A stretch of 32,000 bases of DNA from an uncultured Actinomycetes bacterium (GCA_963843975.1 CAWJMG010000003.1:630001-662000); one strand, 5' to 3'; shown: positions 16,439-28,604, counted from the first letter of the stretch. A program made the numbers and translations. Notes: generated by a model not told the origin, from the sequence alone.

Positions 16439-17095
16439 CTAGTAGCCGCGCTCGCGCCACTCGGCGAGGTGCGGGCGCTCTGCGCCGAGGGTCGTGTCCT
16501 TGCCGTGGCCCGGGTACACCCAGGTCTCGTCCGGGAGAGTGTCGAACAGCTTGCCGACCACGTCGCAGTACAGGCTGTCGAACCTCGCCGCGTCGCCCCA
16601 GGTGTTGCCGATGCCGCCCGGGAAGAGCGAGTCACCGGTGAAGACGTGCGGCGCACCGGTCGGGTCGTCGTAGACCAGCGCGACCGAGCCTGGTGTGTGT
16701 CCGACCAGGTGGACGACGCGGAGCGAGACCTGGCCGAACGTGATGAGGTCGCCGTCGGCGAGAGTCCGGTCGACGGGTACCTCGATGTCGACGGAGTCGG
16801 CGGCATGCGCCCAGTGCTCGGCACCGGTGGCCGCGACCACGTCCGCCAGCGCCTGCCAGTGGTCCTTGTGACCGTGCGTCGTGATCACCGCTTGGAGGCC
16901 GTCGTCGCCCACGAGCTCGAGAAGCCGGTCCGCCTCCGCCGCGGCGTCCAGCAGCACCTGCGTGCCGGTGGCGGTGCAGCGCAGCAGGTAGGCGTTGTTG
17001 TCGTACGGACCGACGGCCAGCTTGCTGACCACGAGGTCGCGCAGGTCGTGGACTGCGGCAGGGCCGCCGACGGTGACGTTCCCGGTGTAGCTCAC
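16439..17095 (-). CDS. MBL-fold metallo-hydrolase (glyoxalase II / hydroxyacylglutathione-hydrolase-like)
   Basis: 'VITTHGHKDHWQA' (HxHxDH), 'LVGHTPGS', 'TGDSLFPGG' and 'PGHG'. The start is set at GTG 17095 (MSYTGNVTVGGPA...), typical for this family. The upstream part of the track ORF is Arg-rich junk. Confidence 0.85.
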   Translation of the reverse strand: MSYTGNVTVGGPAAVHDLRDLVVSKLAVGPYDNNAYLLRCTATGTQVLLDAAAEADRLLELVGDDGLQAVITTHGHKDHWQALADVVAATGAEHWAHAADSVDIEVPVDRTLADGDLITFGQVSLRVVHLVGHTPGSVALVYDDPTGAPHVFTGDSLFPGGIGNTWGDAARFDSLYCDVVGKLFDTLPDETWVYPGHGKDTTLGAERPHLAEWRERGY

Positions 17096-17151
17096 GACCC
17101 GAACGTACCCAGGGTGCAGGCGGGCGTCACGCCAGGGAGGTCGCGCGTCGC

Positions 17152-17472
17152 TCAGGATGCGGCGACGATCCACACCTTGCGCAGGGTCTCGGTGACGTCC
17201 CAGGTGGTGATGTCGCCGGCGTTCAGCAGCCCGACGACGCCGGGGGCGAGGTCGATGCGGCCGCCGTTCTGGCACGTGACGGTGCCGCGACCGGAGAGCA
17301 CGACGAACATCTCGTCGCCGAAGTCGCCCACCGAGTTGCCGACCCCGTGGACCCAGACGCCGGACTCGAGGCCTGCGCCGGCGAAGCCGTCACCGATCCC
17401 GGTGGGCGTGCCGCCCCCGTCGGGCTCGGCCAGGGCGACGTCGACGGCGGGGGCGAAGAAGGAGCTGATCAT
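17152..17472 (-). CDS. Cupin-domain protein (DUF861/cupin_3-like)
   Basis: 106 aa: 'GVWVHGVGNSVGDFGDEMFVVLSGRGTVTCQNGGRIDLAPGVVGLLNAGDITTWDVTETLRKVWI', a typical small single-domain cupin. Confidence 0.75.
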   Translation of the reverse strand: MISSFFAPAVDVALAEPDGGGTPTGIGDGFAGAGLESGVWVHGVGNSVGDFGDEMFVVLSGRGTVTCQNGGRIDLAPGVVGLLNAGDITTWDVTETLRKVWIVAAS

Positions 17473-17497
17473 GGCGCCACGCTAGGGGGTCGCGCGC

Positions 17498-18172
17498 TCA
17501 CCAGGCGGGCGGCTCACCGGGGTCTGAGCCGTCCGTGCTGCGTACCGACGGGAAGGAGCCGCGACCGAGGCGCCAGGCGACGATCTCGGCGAGGTCTCCG
17601 GTGACGGCGGGCGCCGAGCCCCGGCCGTCGAGGAAGTCGACCATCCGGTCCACGAACGGCTCCGGCCAGTCCGACGGCGCGAGGCCGGCGTCGAGATCGA
17701 GATGGTGGATCTCCACCTCGCGCAGGCGCGCCCAGCCCAGGGTCCAGGCGGGAACGTCGGGTGCCGTGCCGGGCGGGGGTGCACCGAACAGGAGCAGCCG
17801 CCAGAGCGCCGCGTCGTCGGCGTCGACCAGGCGTGACGTGGCGACGCCGAGCGCCTCGGCGCTGTCGAGCAGCAGGGCGCGCAGCGCGGCGGGCGGCAGG
17901 GCCGCTGCCTCCTCGATCCCGGCCGTCCGGGCCTCCACCGACGGGTACATCGGCGTGGGCCGGCCCGTCAGCGCCCAGGCCACGAGGTTGACCATGCCCT
18001 CGGCGTTGCGCGCGACATGGGCCACCACATGGGCGCGCGACCAGCCGGGGAGAAGGGACGGCTCGGAGAGGTCCGGATCGGTGAGCCCGTCGACACGCTG
18101 CGTGAGGCGGGACGTGGCCTCGGTCACCTGGACGAGGTCGGCGGCGAGGGTGTCGCGCGGGGATGAGGTCAC
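17498..18172 (-). CDS. Mycothiol-dependent maleylpyruvate-isomerase-family / DinB-like metal-binding protein
   Basis: 224 aa. N-terminal 'LPGWSRAHVVAHVARNAEGMVNLVAWALTG' matches the MDMPI_N/TIGR03083 pattern. GTG start at 18172. Confidence 0.75.
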   Translation of the reverse strand: MTSSPRDTLAADLVQVTEATSRLTQRVDGLTDPDLSEPSLLPGWSRAHVVAHVARNAEGMVNLVAWALTGRPTPMYPSVEARTAGIEEAAALPPAALRALLLDSAEALGVATSRLVDADDAALWRLLLFGAPPPGTAPDVPAWTLGWARLREVEIHHLDLDAGLAPSDWPEPFVDRMVDFLDGRGSAPAVTGDLAEIVAWRLGRGSFPSVRSTDGSDPGEPPAW

Positions 18173-18217
18173 CTGGACGACGCTAGCCGCCCCGGAGCCC
18201 CGGCGTGGGAATGTGGC

Positions 18218-18239
18218 TGTCGGGGGTCCTCGTTAGCCT
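18218..18239 (+). promoter_or_regulatory. RecA-independent (RecA-NDp / PafBC-type) DNA-damage promoter of uvrA
   Basis: TGTCGGGG (18218-18225), an 8-nt spacer GTCCTCGT, then TAGCCT (18234-18239). It fits TGTCRgtg-N8-TAnnnT with one mismatch in the weakly conserved 3' part of the upstream box. Confidence 0.55.
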
Positions 18240-18287
18240 GACCCCGGACGCGTGCGTCCGACCGACCCCCGATGGACAGGATCTCTG

Positions 18288-21224
<2,937 letters not shown>

Positions 21225-21267
21225 ACGCCACGCGACCACTGCCGCGCCCCACACCGAAGGAGTACCG

Positions 21268-21684
21268 ATGACCGACCCGATCCTCGGCCCGACCCGCCGC
21301 CAGGTGCTGCTCACGTCCGGCACCGTCGTCGCTGCCGCCGCCGTCACTGCTGCCTGTGGCAACGGGTCCGGCGACTCCGGCTCCACCGCAGCCGCCGGCC
21401 CGACGACCGTGAAGACCGCGGATGTCCCCGTCGGCGGTGGCACGATCGTGCAGGACACCAAGATCGTCGTGACGCAGCCCGCGGCGGGCACCTACAAGGC
21501 CTTCACTGCCGTGTGCACCCACCAGGGCTGCGTCGTGTCGTCGGTGGCGGACGGCAAGATCAACTGCGCCTGCCACGGCAGCATCTTCTCCGCGACGGAC
21601 GGCTCCGTCGTGCAGGGCCCCGCGAGCAGCCCGCTCGCCGAGCTCAAGGCCACCGTCTCGGGCGACAGCATCACCGTCGCCTGA
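21268..21684 (+). CDS. Exported Rieske [2Fe-2S] domain protein (Tat signal plus lipobox)
   Basis: ATG 21268 is preceded by GAAGGAG. 'TRRQVLL' is a twin-arginine motif, 'AAVTAAC' a lipobox, and the Rieske ligands are 'CTHQGC' and 'CACHGS'. Confidence 0.88.
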   Translation: MTDPILGPTRRQVLLTSGTVVAAAAVTAACGNGSGDSGSTAAAGPTTVKTADVPVGGGTIVQDTKIVVTQPAAGTYKAFTAVCTHQGCVVSSVADGKINCACHGSIFSATDGSVVQGPASSPLAELKATVSGDSITVA

Positions 21685-21710
21685 GCACCACCCTGGAGGG
21701 CTGACCCCGC

Positions 21711-23663
21711 GTGGCGGACCCAGCGACCTACCGGCCGGCGCCGGGCGAGATCCCAGACTCGCCCGGCGTCTACCGGTTCCGCGACCAGCACGGCCGGGTC
21801 GTCTACGTGGGCAAGGCCAAGAGCCTGCGCAGCCGGCTGGGCTCGTACTTCCAGGACCTCTCCGCGCTGCACGTGCGCACCCAGGCGATGGTCACCACGG
21901 CCGCGTCGGTCGACTGGGTCACCGTCGACACCGAGGTCGAGGCGCTGCAGCTCGAGTACTCCTGGATCAAGGAGTACGACCCGCGGTTCAACGTCCGCTA
22001 CCGCGACGACAAGAGCTATCCGTACCTCGCCGTCACTCTCGACGAGGAGTTCCCGCGTATCACCGTCATGCGCGGAGCCAAGCGCAAGGGCGTGCGCTAC
22101 TTCGGCCCCTACGCCCATGCCTGGGCCATCCGCGAGACTGTCGACCTCCTGCTGCGCGTCTTCCCGGCGCGCACCTGCAGTGCGGGCCTGTTCAAGCGGC
22201 ACGGTCAGATCGGTCGCCCCTGCCTGCTGGGCTACATCGGCAAGTGCTCCGCCCCGTGCATCGGGCGGGTGGACGCCGAGGAGCACCGGCGCATCGTCGA
22301 GGACTTCTGCGCGTTCCTGTCGGGGCAGACCGCGGCGTACACCAAGCGGGTCGAGCGCGAGATGAAGGCGGCCGCCGCCGAGCTCGACTACGAGCGGGCC
22401 GCTCGGCTGCGCGACGACCTGCGGGCGTTGGAGCGTGCCCTCGAGAAGAGCGCCGTCGTGCTGGGCGACGGCACGGACGCCGACGTCATCGGGCTCGCCG
22501 ACGACGAGCTCGAGTCGGCCGTCCAGGTCTTCCACGTGCGCGGCGGACGCATCCGCGGCCAGCGGGGGTTCGTGGTCGAGAAGGTCGAGGACCTCACCAC
22601 CGGCGACCTCATCGAGCACCTGCTGCAGCAGCTGTACGGCGACCAGAACCCCGAGGCGGTGCCGCGGGAGGTGCTCGTCCCGGTGCTGCCGCCGGACCCG
22701 GAGCTGACCACCGCCTGGCTCTCGGACCTCCGCGGCAGCCACGTCGACCTACGCGTACCTCAGCGAGGCGACAAGCGCGACCTGCTCGAGACGGTCACGC
22801 GCAACGCCGGCCAGTCGCTCGCCCTGCACAAGACCCGGCGCGGGGGAGACCTCACCTCGCGCAGCCTCGCCCTCGAGGAGCTGCAGGAGGCGCTCGGGCT
22901 GCCTGAGGCGCCGCTGCGCATCGAGTGCATCGACGTCAGCCACCTGCAGGGCACCGACGTCGTCGCCTCGCTGGTCGTGTTCGAGGACGGGCTCGCACGC
23001 AAGTCCGAGTACCGCCGCTTCGCCATCCGGGGCGCCGCCGGCGACGGCATCAGCGACGACACCCGCTCGATCGCCGAGGTCGTCACGCGGCGGTTCAAGC
23101 GCCTCGCCGAGGAGCAGGCCTCGGTGACCGACGACGGGCTGCCGGGCATCGACCCGACCACCGGGCGGCCGCGCAAGTTCTCCTATCCGCCCAACCTGCT
23201 CGTGGTCGACGGCGGCCAGCCCCAGGTCGAGGCGGCGCAGGCCGCGTTGTCCGAGATCGGCGTGACCGACGTCGCCGTCGTGGGCCTCGCCAAGCGCCTG
23301 GAGGAGGTGTGGGTGCCGGGGGATCCCGACCCCGTCATCCTCCCGCGCACGAGCGAGGGCCTCTACCTCCTGCAGCGCGTGCGCGACGAGGCGCACCGGT
23401 TCGCCATCACCTACCAGCGGCAGAAGCGCGGCAAGCGCATGGTCGAGTCGATCCTCGACGACGTCCCCGGGCTGGGGGAGGCGCGCAAGAAGGCGCTGCT
23501 GCGCCAGTTCACGTCGCTCAAGCGGCTGCGTGCCGCCACGGCTGACGAGCTCGCGACCGTGCCGGGCATCGGCCCGACGCTCGCCCAGGCCGTCGTCGAG
23601 GCCCTCGCCGCCGATGCCCCTACGCCGGCCGTCAACACCGCAACCGGCGAGATCGTCGACTGA
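21711..23663 (+). CDS. uvrC: Excinuclease ABC subunit C
   Basis: GIY-YIG N-terminus '[26 protein letters not shown]', UVR domain '[16 protein letters not shown]', and a C-terminal (HhH)2 '[16 protein letters not shown]...[12 protein letters not shown]'. Confidence 0.97.
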   Translation: MADPATYRPAPGEIPDSPGVYRFRDQHGRVVYVGKAKSLRSRLGSYFQDLSALHVRTQAMVTTAASVDWVTVDTEVEALQLEYSWIKEYDPRFNVRYRDDKSYPYLAVTLDEEFPRITVMRGAKRKGVRYFGPYAHAWAIRETVDLLLRVFPARTCSAGLFKRHGQIGRPCLLGYIGKCSAPCIGRVDAEEHRRIVEDFCAFLSGQTAAYTKRVEREMKAAAAELDYERAARLRDDLRALERALEKSAVVLGDGTDADVIGLADDELESAVQVFHVRGGRIRGQRGFVVEKVEDLTTGDLIEHLLQQLYGDQNPEAVPREVLVPVLPPDPELTTAWLSDLRGSHVDLRVPQRGDKRDLLETVTRNAGQSLALHKTRRGGDLTSRSLALEELQEALGLPEAPLRIECIDVSHLQGTDVVASLVVFEDGLARKSEYRRFAIRGAAGDGISDDTRSIAEVVTRRFKRLAEEQASVTDDGLPGIDPTTGRPRKFSYPPNLLVVDGGQPQVEAAQAALSEIGVTDVAVVGLAKRLEEVWVPGDPDPVILPRTSEGLYLLQRVRDEAHRFAITYQRQKRGKRMVESILDDVPGLGEARKKALLRQFTSLKRLRAATADELATVPGIGPTLAQAVVEALAADAPTPAVNTATGEIVD

Positions 23664-23669
23664 TTCGGG

Positions 23670-23864
23670 TCACCCCGTCGGCCAGTACGACGCGCTGCCG
23701 AGGCCCTCGCCGGGGTCCGGGTCGGCGCCGTCGTCGGCCCGACGCAGGTCGTCATGCTCGGCCGGATCCGGATCCGGGGGCTCGGGGCGCAGCAGGAGCC
23801 ACAGCCCGAGCAGGCCGGCGCCGACGATCACCAGGAGGATCGCGAAGACCGCGAGAGCGTTCAT
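23670..23864 (-). CDS. 64-aa single-TM protein with an acidic Pro/Asp-rich tail
   Basis: MNALAVFAILLVIVGAGLLGLWLLLRPEPPDPDPAEHDDLRRADDGADPDPGEGLGSASYWPTG, with very high GC3. It is the C-terminal part of a longer artefactual track ORF, and its stop is 6 nt from the uvrC stop. Confidence 0.55.
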   Translation of the reverse strand: MNALAVFAILLVIVGAGLLGLWLLLRPEPPDPDPAEHDDLRRADDGADPDPGEGLGSASYWPTG

Positions 23865-24024
23865 GCCCGCATGGTGGTGCCGCGTGCCGACGGCGTCAGC
23901 GGGAGACCGACTCGTTCGCCTCCCGTTCACCGCGGGCACGGCGCTGCTTCGTGGTTCTCGGTGCCCGCTGTGCCACGCTTTCGGCAGCGCCCGGTGCAGG
24001 GCGCGCTGATTCGAGAGGAAGTTC

Positions 24025-24891
24025 GTGGTGGATCCGGCGTTCGAGCTCGTGCTCGTCACCGGCATGTCCGGGGCGGGCCGCTCCACGGCCGCACGCGCGC
24101 TCGAGGACCTGGGCTGGTTCGTCATCGACAACCTTCCGCCCGAGCTGCTCGCCGCCGCCGTCGACCACGTCTCGGGATCGCCCGACGTCGAGCGCCTGGC
24201 CGTCGTCGTCGACGTGCGCGGCGGCCGGATGTTCGAGGACCTCTCCCGCGCGCTCGACGACGTCCTCGCCTCCGGGCTCGACCTCCGGGTGCTCTTCCTC
24301 GAGGCCGGCGACAACGAGCTGGTGCGCCGGTTCGAGAGCAGCCGGCGTCCGCACCCGCTGCAGGGATCCGGTGGGATCCTCGACGGCCTCGTGCGCGAGC
24401 GGGCGACCCTCGGCGACCTCCGAGCGCGCGCCGACCTCGTGATCGACACCAGCTCGCTCAACGTGCACGACCTCCGGCGCAAGGTCGACGCCGCGTTCGG
24501 TGGCAGCGACCGCGTGCAGCTGCGCGCCACGGTCATGTCGTTCGGCTTCAAGTACGGCCTGCCGCTCGACGCCGACATCGTCAACGACGTGCGCTTCCTG
24601 CCCAACCCGTTCTGGGTGCCCGAGCTGCGCGAGCTATCGGGCCTGGACGCCGAGGTGAGCGACTACGTCACCGAGCTGCCCGAGGCCCGCGAGTTCCTCG
24701 ACCGCATGGCCGGGATGCTCGACCTCGTCTCCGACGGCTACCTGCGCGAGGGCAAGCGCTACGTCACGGTCGCCATCGGGTGCACGGGCGGGAAGCACCG
24801 CAGCGTCGCCATGGCCGAGAACCTCGCGGCCCGCCTCGTGAAGGTGGGTGTCGAGGTCCTCGTCGTGCACCGCGACCTGGGCCGCGAGTGA
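24025..24891 (+). CDS. rapZ: RNase adapter / nucleotide-binding protein RapZ (YvcJ)
   Basis: 'LVLVTGMSGAGRSTAARALEDLGWFVIDNLP', 'FGFKYG', 'DVRFLPNP' and 'IGCTGGKHRSV'. GAGAGGAAG lies before the GTG start. Confidence 0.95.
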   Translation: MVDPAFELVLVTGMSGAGRSTAARALEDLGWFVIDNLPPELLAAAVDHVSGSPDVERLAVVVDVRGGRMFEDLSRALDDVLASGLDLRVLFLEAGDNELVRRFESSRRPHPLQGSGGILDGLVRERATLGDLRARADLVIDTSSLNVHDLRRKVDAAFGGSDRVQLRATVMSFGFKYGLPLDADIVNDVRFLPNPFWVPELRELSGLDAEVSDYVTELPEAREFLDRMAGMLDLVSDGYLREGKRYVTVAIGCTGGKHRSVAMAENLAARLVKVGVEVLVVHRDLGRE

Positions 24892-25874
24892 GCGCCCCGC
24901 AGAGCGGCCCGGCCGGCCGCCGCGCCCCTAGAGCCACCGGTCCGCGCGTCGTCGCGCTCGGCGGCGGGCACGGTCTCGCCGCCAGTCTGCGCGCGTTGCG
25001 ACGCGTCACGGACGACGTCACCGCGATCGTGGCGGTGTCCGACGACGGTGGCTCGAGCGGGCGGCTGCGCGAGGAGTTCGACGTCGTACCCCCGGGTGAC
25101 TTGCGGATGGCTCTTGCCGCGCTCTGCGGCGACGACAGCTGGGGCCGCACGTGGAGCCGCGTGGTGCAGCACCGGTTCACCGGCACCGGGCCGCTCGCCG
25201 GACACTCGCTCGGCAACCTGCTCATCACGGCGCTGTGGGAGGAGACCGGCGACATCGTCACCGGCCTCGACTGGGTCGGTGCCCTGCTCGGCGCGCACGG
25301 CCGCGTGCTGCCCGTCGCGACGGTGCCGCTCGAGGTCGTGGCCGACGTCCGCGGCCTGCACCCGGAGGATCCGTCGATCCTCGAACGGGTCATCGGCCAG
25401 GTCTCGGTCGCGACGACCCGCGGCGAGGTGGTGCGCCTGCACATCGAGCCCCGCGAGGCGCCGGCGTGCCCCGAGGCCGTCAAGGCGATCGGCGAGGCTG
25501 ATGCTGTGCTGCTCGGTCCAGGCTCATGGTTCACCAGCGTCCTGGCGCCGCTGCAGGTGAGGGGGATCGGCCAGGCTGTCGCCCGCACCCCCGGTCGCGT
25601 GGTCGTCGTGCTCAACCTCGAGGCGCAGCCGGGGGAGACCGACGGCTTCAGCCCGCAGCGCCACCTCGAGGTGCTCAGCCGGCAGATGCCGTCGCTGCGC
25701 GTCGACACCGTGCTGGCCGACCCCGAGCATGTGCCGGATGTCGAGGCCCTCGCCTCAGCCGCCCGCGCTCTCGGCGCTCGTCTCGCCCTGGCCCCGGTCG
25801 CCTCGCGCGACGGCTCGCCGCGCCACGACGTGGACCTCCTCGCCTCAGCCCTGGGTGGCGTTCTCACCCCGTAA
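24888..25874 (+). CDS. yvcK: YvcK/CuvA-family (CofD-like, 2-phospho-L-lactate-transferase fold) gluconeogenesis / cell-shape factor
   Basis: 'VVALGGGHGLAASLRALR', 'TAIVAVSDDGGSSGRLR', 'PPGDLR', 'GHSLGNLLI' and 'LGPGSWFTSV'. The GTG start overlaps the rapZ stop (GTGA at 24888-24891). Confidence 0.93.
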   Translation: MSAPQSGPAGRRAPRATGPRVVALGGGHGLAASLRALRRVTDDVTAIVAVSDDGGSSGRLREEFDVVPPGDLRMALAALCGDDSWGRTWSRVVQHRFTGTGPLAGHSLGNLLITALWEETGDIVTGLDWVGALLGAHGRVLPVATVPLEVVADVRGLHPEDPSILERVIGQVSVATTRGEVVRLHIEPREAPACPEAVKAIGEADAVLLGPGSWFTSVLAPLQVRGIGQAVARTPGRVVVVLNLEAQPGETDGFSPQRHLEVLSRQMPSLRVDTVLADPEHVPDVEALASAARALGARLALAPVASRDGSPRHDVDLLASALGGVLTP

Positions 25875-25916
25875 CGCCACACGACAACCCGCCCAATATC
25901 CGGCACTATCGCTCGG

Positions 25917-26207
25917 GTGAGTGAGCAGCGGCCCTACGAGTACGTCGCATGGATTCGCGACAACCGGCTGGTGGAAGACGACCAGGATCGGGAGTGGCCC
26001 GCTGTCTTCATCGTGACGGCGCTCTCGGCCACGGAAGCACAGGCGTGGGGCGATCACCTATCGGCGGGGCGCTTCTCGCCGGGTCATCCCGAGGAGTTCA
26101 GTCACTCGGTCGTCCGACCTGCCAGCGACTCGACGATCCCCAACCTGGCGGACCTCCCTGTGATCCCCTACGGCTACGAGGCGTCGGCTGCCGAGGTCGG
26201 TTGGTAG
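25917..26207 (+). CDS. Hypothetical acidic 96-aa protein
   Basis: GTG start. MSEQRPYEYVAWIRDNRLVEDDQDREWPAVFIVTALSATEAQAWGDHLS... has a balanced, protein-like composition (W/Y/F/E/D), unlike the alternative frames. No family was recognised. Confidence 0.5.
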   Translation: MSEQRPYEYVAWIRDNRLVEDDQDREWPAVFIVTALSATEAQAWGDHLSAGRFSPGHPEEFSHSVVRPASDSTIPNLADLPVIPYGYEASAAEVGW

Positions 26208-26288
26208 CGCCTATGTGCCGATAGCGCTCGCCCCTCGCGTAGCTAAGCGGCATCCTCGTCCCCATGGATCAGGCGGCGCCTGCCGGCG

Positions 26289-26597
26289 ATGGAACGGCCC
26301 GTGAGACGACGATCTGGGTGGGTCGGGTCGCTCGCTTCACCGTCTCGGTCCCGGAAGCTTGGCCAGCCGGATGTGGCCCTTGCCCTGTTGACCTCGGACG
26401 GGCGAACCGTCGAACTCGAGTTCCTCGGGGTTATCGCTCTGGAAGTCCACGACTTCATGACCGGGTGGCCGATGACCCTGCAGATCACCGATCGCTCGCT
26501 CGATGGCTGGGAACGAGCCGACTTCGAGGTTTCCGACGCAGAGGAAGGCACCCTGCGCTTCCGGTGCGCCGAGGTCCGCTCGTCCATGACGGGCTAG
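26289..26597 (+). CDS. Small immunity-protein-like hypothetical (start uncertain, possibly frameshifted)
   Basis: The C-terminal 75 aa, 'VALALLTSDGRTVELEFLGVIALEVHDFMTGWPMTLQITDRSLDGWERADFEVSDAEEGTLRFRCAEVRS', look like a genuine beta-rich protein. The first 28 codons are Arg/Ser-rich. Alternative starts are GTG 26373, or ATG 26264 in another frame. Confidence 0.5.
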   Translation: MERPVRRRSGWVGSLASPSRSRKLGQPDVALALLTSDGRTVELEFLGVIALEVHDFMTGWPMTLQITDRSLDGWERADFEVSDAEEGTLRFRCAEVRSSMTG

Positions 26598-26612
26598 AAG
26601 TGCCGTTATCGA

Positions 26613-28523
26613 TTGGGTTTCCCCGTGAGCGGAGAGATTCTCCGCGGGCTGATTTCGCTTGGGGCTGAACGGTTCTCGGTCTGGATGGCCTCTGGAGGCG
26701 CCGCACTGTCAGAGGTGGTCGGCAGACTTGTCCTCATCAGGTTCGGTGGTGGTGAGGAGGTGACCGTGGCCGCTACTGCTGCTTCCTTCGTCGATCTCGA
26801 CGAGGGCGTGCCGATGCCGGCGGGCTGGTCGCCATACCCCTCGCTGCTGGAGATCGCCGAGCACGAGGCGCGCATGGCCTCCCTGGGTTCGGGCGAGCGT
26901 GATGAGCTCCAGCACCCGGACGATGTGCTGGATCGGACGGACCTGTTCGTGGACCCGGTGGCGGCGCTGTCGCTGCTTGCGGGTGAGGGATCGGGTGCGA
27001 CCTCGTTCGACCTCGGCGTCCTCGAGGCGGTGGACCCGGCCGCGCTTTCGGAGCCGATGGACAAGCTCGCGGTGCTCAAGGGTTTGGACAAGATCGAAGG
27101 GCTGGTCGGGTCGCTGCGGATCCGCGCCCTCACCTCGCTCGCCGGCACCAAGCCGGGCGAGGCCCTGGTCGACGAGCTTCATCTCGAGCATGAGATCGCC
27201 GTCGCCCGGCGCACCTCGGACTACTCCGCGGGCAAGGCCCTGGATCTGGCGCGCACGATCACTGCAACGTTCCCGGAGTTCCTCGTCGCCCTTGGCGCCG
27301 GCCGGGTGTCGTGGTCGCATCTGGCCGTGCTGGTGGAGCGGACCCGGTTCGTGGAGAACCCCACCGCGCTCACGGAGATCGGCACCCGGGCGCTGGTCCG
27401 TGCGCTGACCCGGACCCCCGGACAGTTCGCACAGGAGGTCGAGAAGCTCGTAGCCCGGTTCGACCCTGACGCCGCCGCACGTCACCGCAAGGCCAAGAAG
27501 AAGGATCGCAAGGTCTGGGTCAAGCAGCTCGCCGACGGCATGGGCATGCTCGGCTACATCGACGAGTGGGCCGTGGTCAACGCCGTCTACGAGACCCTCG
27601 CCGCCGACGCCAAGGCCACGAAGAAGGCCCGCAAGGACAAGAAGGCGGGCACGAAGCACGGCAAGAAGGCCGCGACGCCGGGCGGCGACTTGGTCCCAGT
27701 CGCCGACCGCGAGGTCGACGTCGTCGAAAGCGACCCGAGCGCCCCCGGTCCGCTCGATGTCGTCGAGGACTCCACCAACGCCGACGCCGACAGCAGAGAC
27801 CTGCGGGACGAGGCCGTGCCGAACTCGGAGGAGTCGTCGGCGGACGCCGACCGCGCGGACGCGCTCGCCGCGCGGGTGCTGGGCGTGGTGCACGAGGACG
27901 GCTCGGTGACGTGGGATCGCGCAGCCTCGACGCAGGTGCGTACGAGCCTGGTCGTGGACCTCAACACCCTGCGCGGCGAGGCCGACGGGATCGGTCTGCT
28001 GGACGGCCAGCCGATCCCGGCGGAGATCGCCCGCGAGATCGCGGGCCGCACCCACTCGTGGCGGCGGTTCGTGACCGACCCCGTCGACGGGCACCTCATC
28101 GACCGCGGCACCGACGTCTATGTCGACCCGCACCTGCGCTCGTTCATCCTTGCCCGCGACATCTGCCGCAACCCCGTCCACCGGCACGCCCTGACCTCGA
28201 CGCGGCTGGAGATGGACCACGCCGAGGAGTTCCCCCACGGGCCCACCTCGGCACCGAACTGCGGCGCGCTGTGCCTCCCCTCCCATCAGCTCAAGACCGC
28301 CCGCAGGGTCGACATCACCGACTCGGCGGCCGACGGGTCCTGCACCTGGACCACCGACTGGGGCCAGGTCGTGCACATTCCGCCCCGACCGTTCCTCGAA
28401 CACCCCGACCCGCCCGCCACCGAGCAGCCGGAGCCCGCGCCACCCGACGCTGCCGGGCCGACCCAGCACGCCCCACCACCCGGGGACACCCCGCCACCGG
28501 ACGACGACCCGCCACCCTTCTGA
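26613..28523 (+). CDS. DUF222-domain HNH endonuclease (REP13E12 / '13E12 repeat' family)
   Basis: DUF222-like region '[39 protein letters not shown]...[16 protein letters not shown]...[25 protein letters not shown]...[22 protein letters not shown]'. C-terminal HNH region '[51 protein letters not shown]...[10 protein letters not shown]'. The start codon is uncertain (TTG 26613 or GTG 26625). Confidence 0.85.
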   Translation: MGFPVSGEILRGLISLGAERFSVWMASGGAALSEVVGRLVLIRFGGGEEVTVAATAASFVDLDEGVPMPAGWSPYPSLLEIAEHEARMASLGSGERDELQHPDDVLDRTDLFVDPVAALSLLAGEGSGATSFDLGVLEAVDPAALSEPMDKLAVLKGLDKIEGLVGSLRIRALTSLAGTKPGEALVDELHLEHEIAVARRTSDYSAGKALDLARTITATFPEFLVALGAGRVSWSHLAVLVERTRFVENPTALTEIGTRALVRALTRTPGQFAQEVEKLVARFDPDAAARHRKAKKKDRKVWVKQLADGMGMLGYIDEWAVVNAVYETLAADAKATKKARKDKKAGTKHGKKAATPGGDLVPVADREVDVVESDPSAPGPLDVVEDSTNADADSRDLRDEAVPNSEESSADADRADALAARVLGVVHEDGSVTWDRAASTQVRTSLVVDLNTLRGEADGIGLLDGQPIPAEIAREIAGRTHSWRRFVTDPVDGHLIDRGTDVYVDPHLRSFILARDICRNPVHRHALTSTRLEMDHAEEFPHGPTSAPNCGALCLPSHQLKTARRVDITDSAADGSCTWTTDWGQVVHIPPRPFLEHPDPPATEQPEPAPPDAAGPTQHAPPPGDTPPPDDDPPPF

Positions 28524-28565
28524 CCGCCCCCTCGACCACGGCTGCTCGCCGGACCGACCCCGCAC

Positions 28566-28604
28566 CCCCGGGGCACGGACCCGGCGTACAGCCATGCCCC
28601 GGGG
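28566..28604 (+). terminator. Stem-loop after the HNH gene
   Basis: 10-bp arms CCCCGGGGCA (28566-28575) / TGCCCCGGGG (28595-28604) with a 19-nt loop, 43 nt after the stop at 28523. Confidence 0.45.

Noticed and set aside
23761-23780. Short tandem GGATCC-GGATCC repeat
   Set aside because: It is only two copies and simply encodes the PDPDP stretch of the small minus-strand TM protein.
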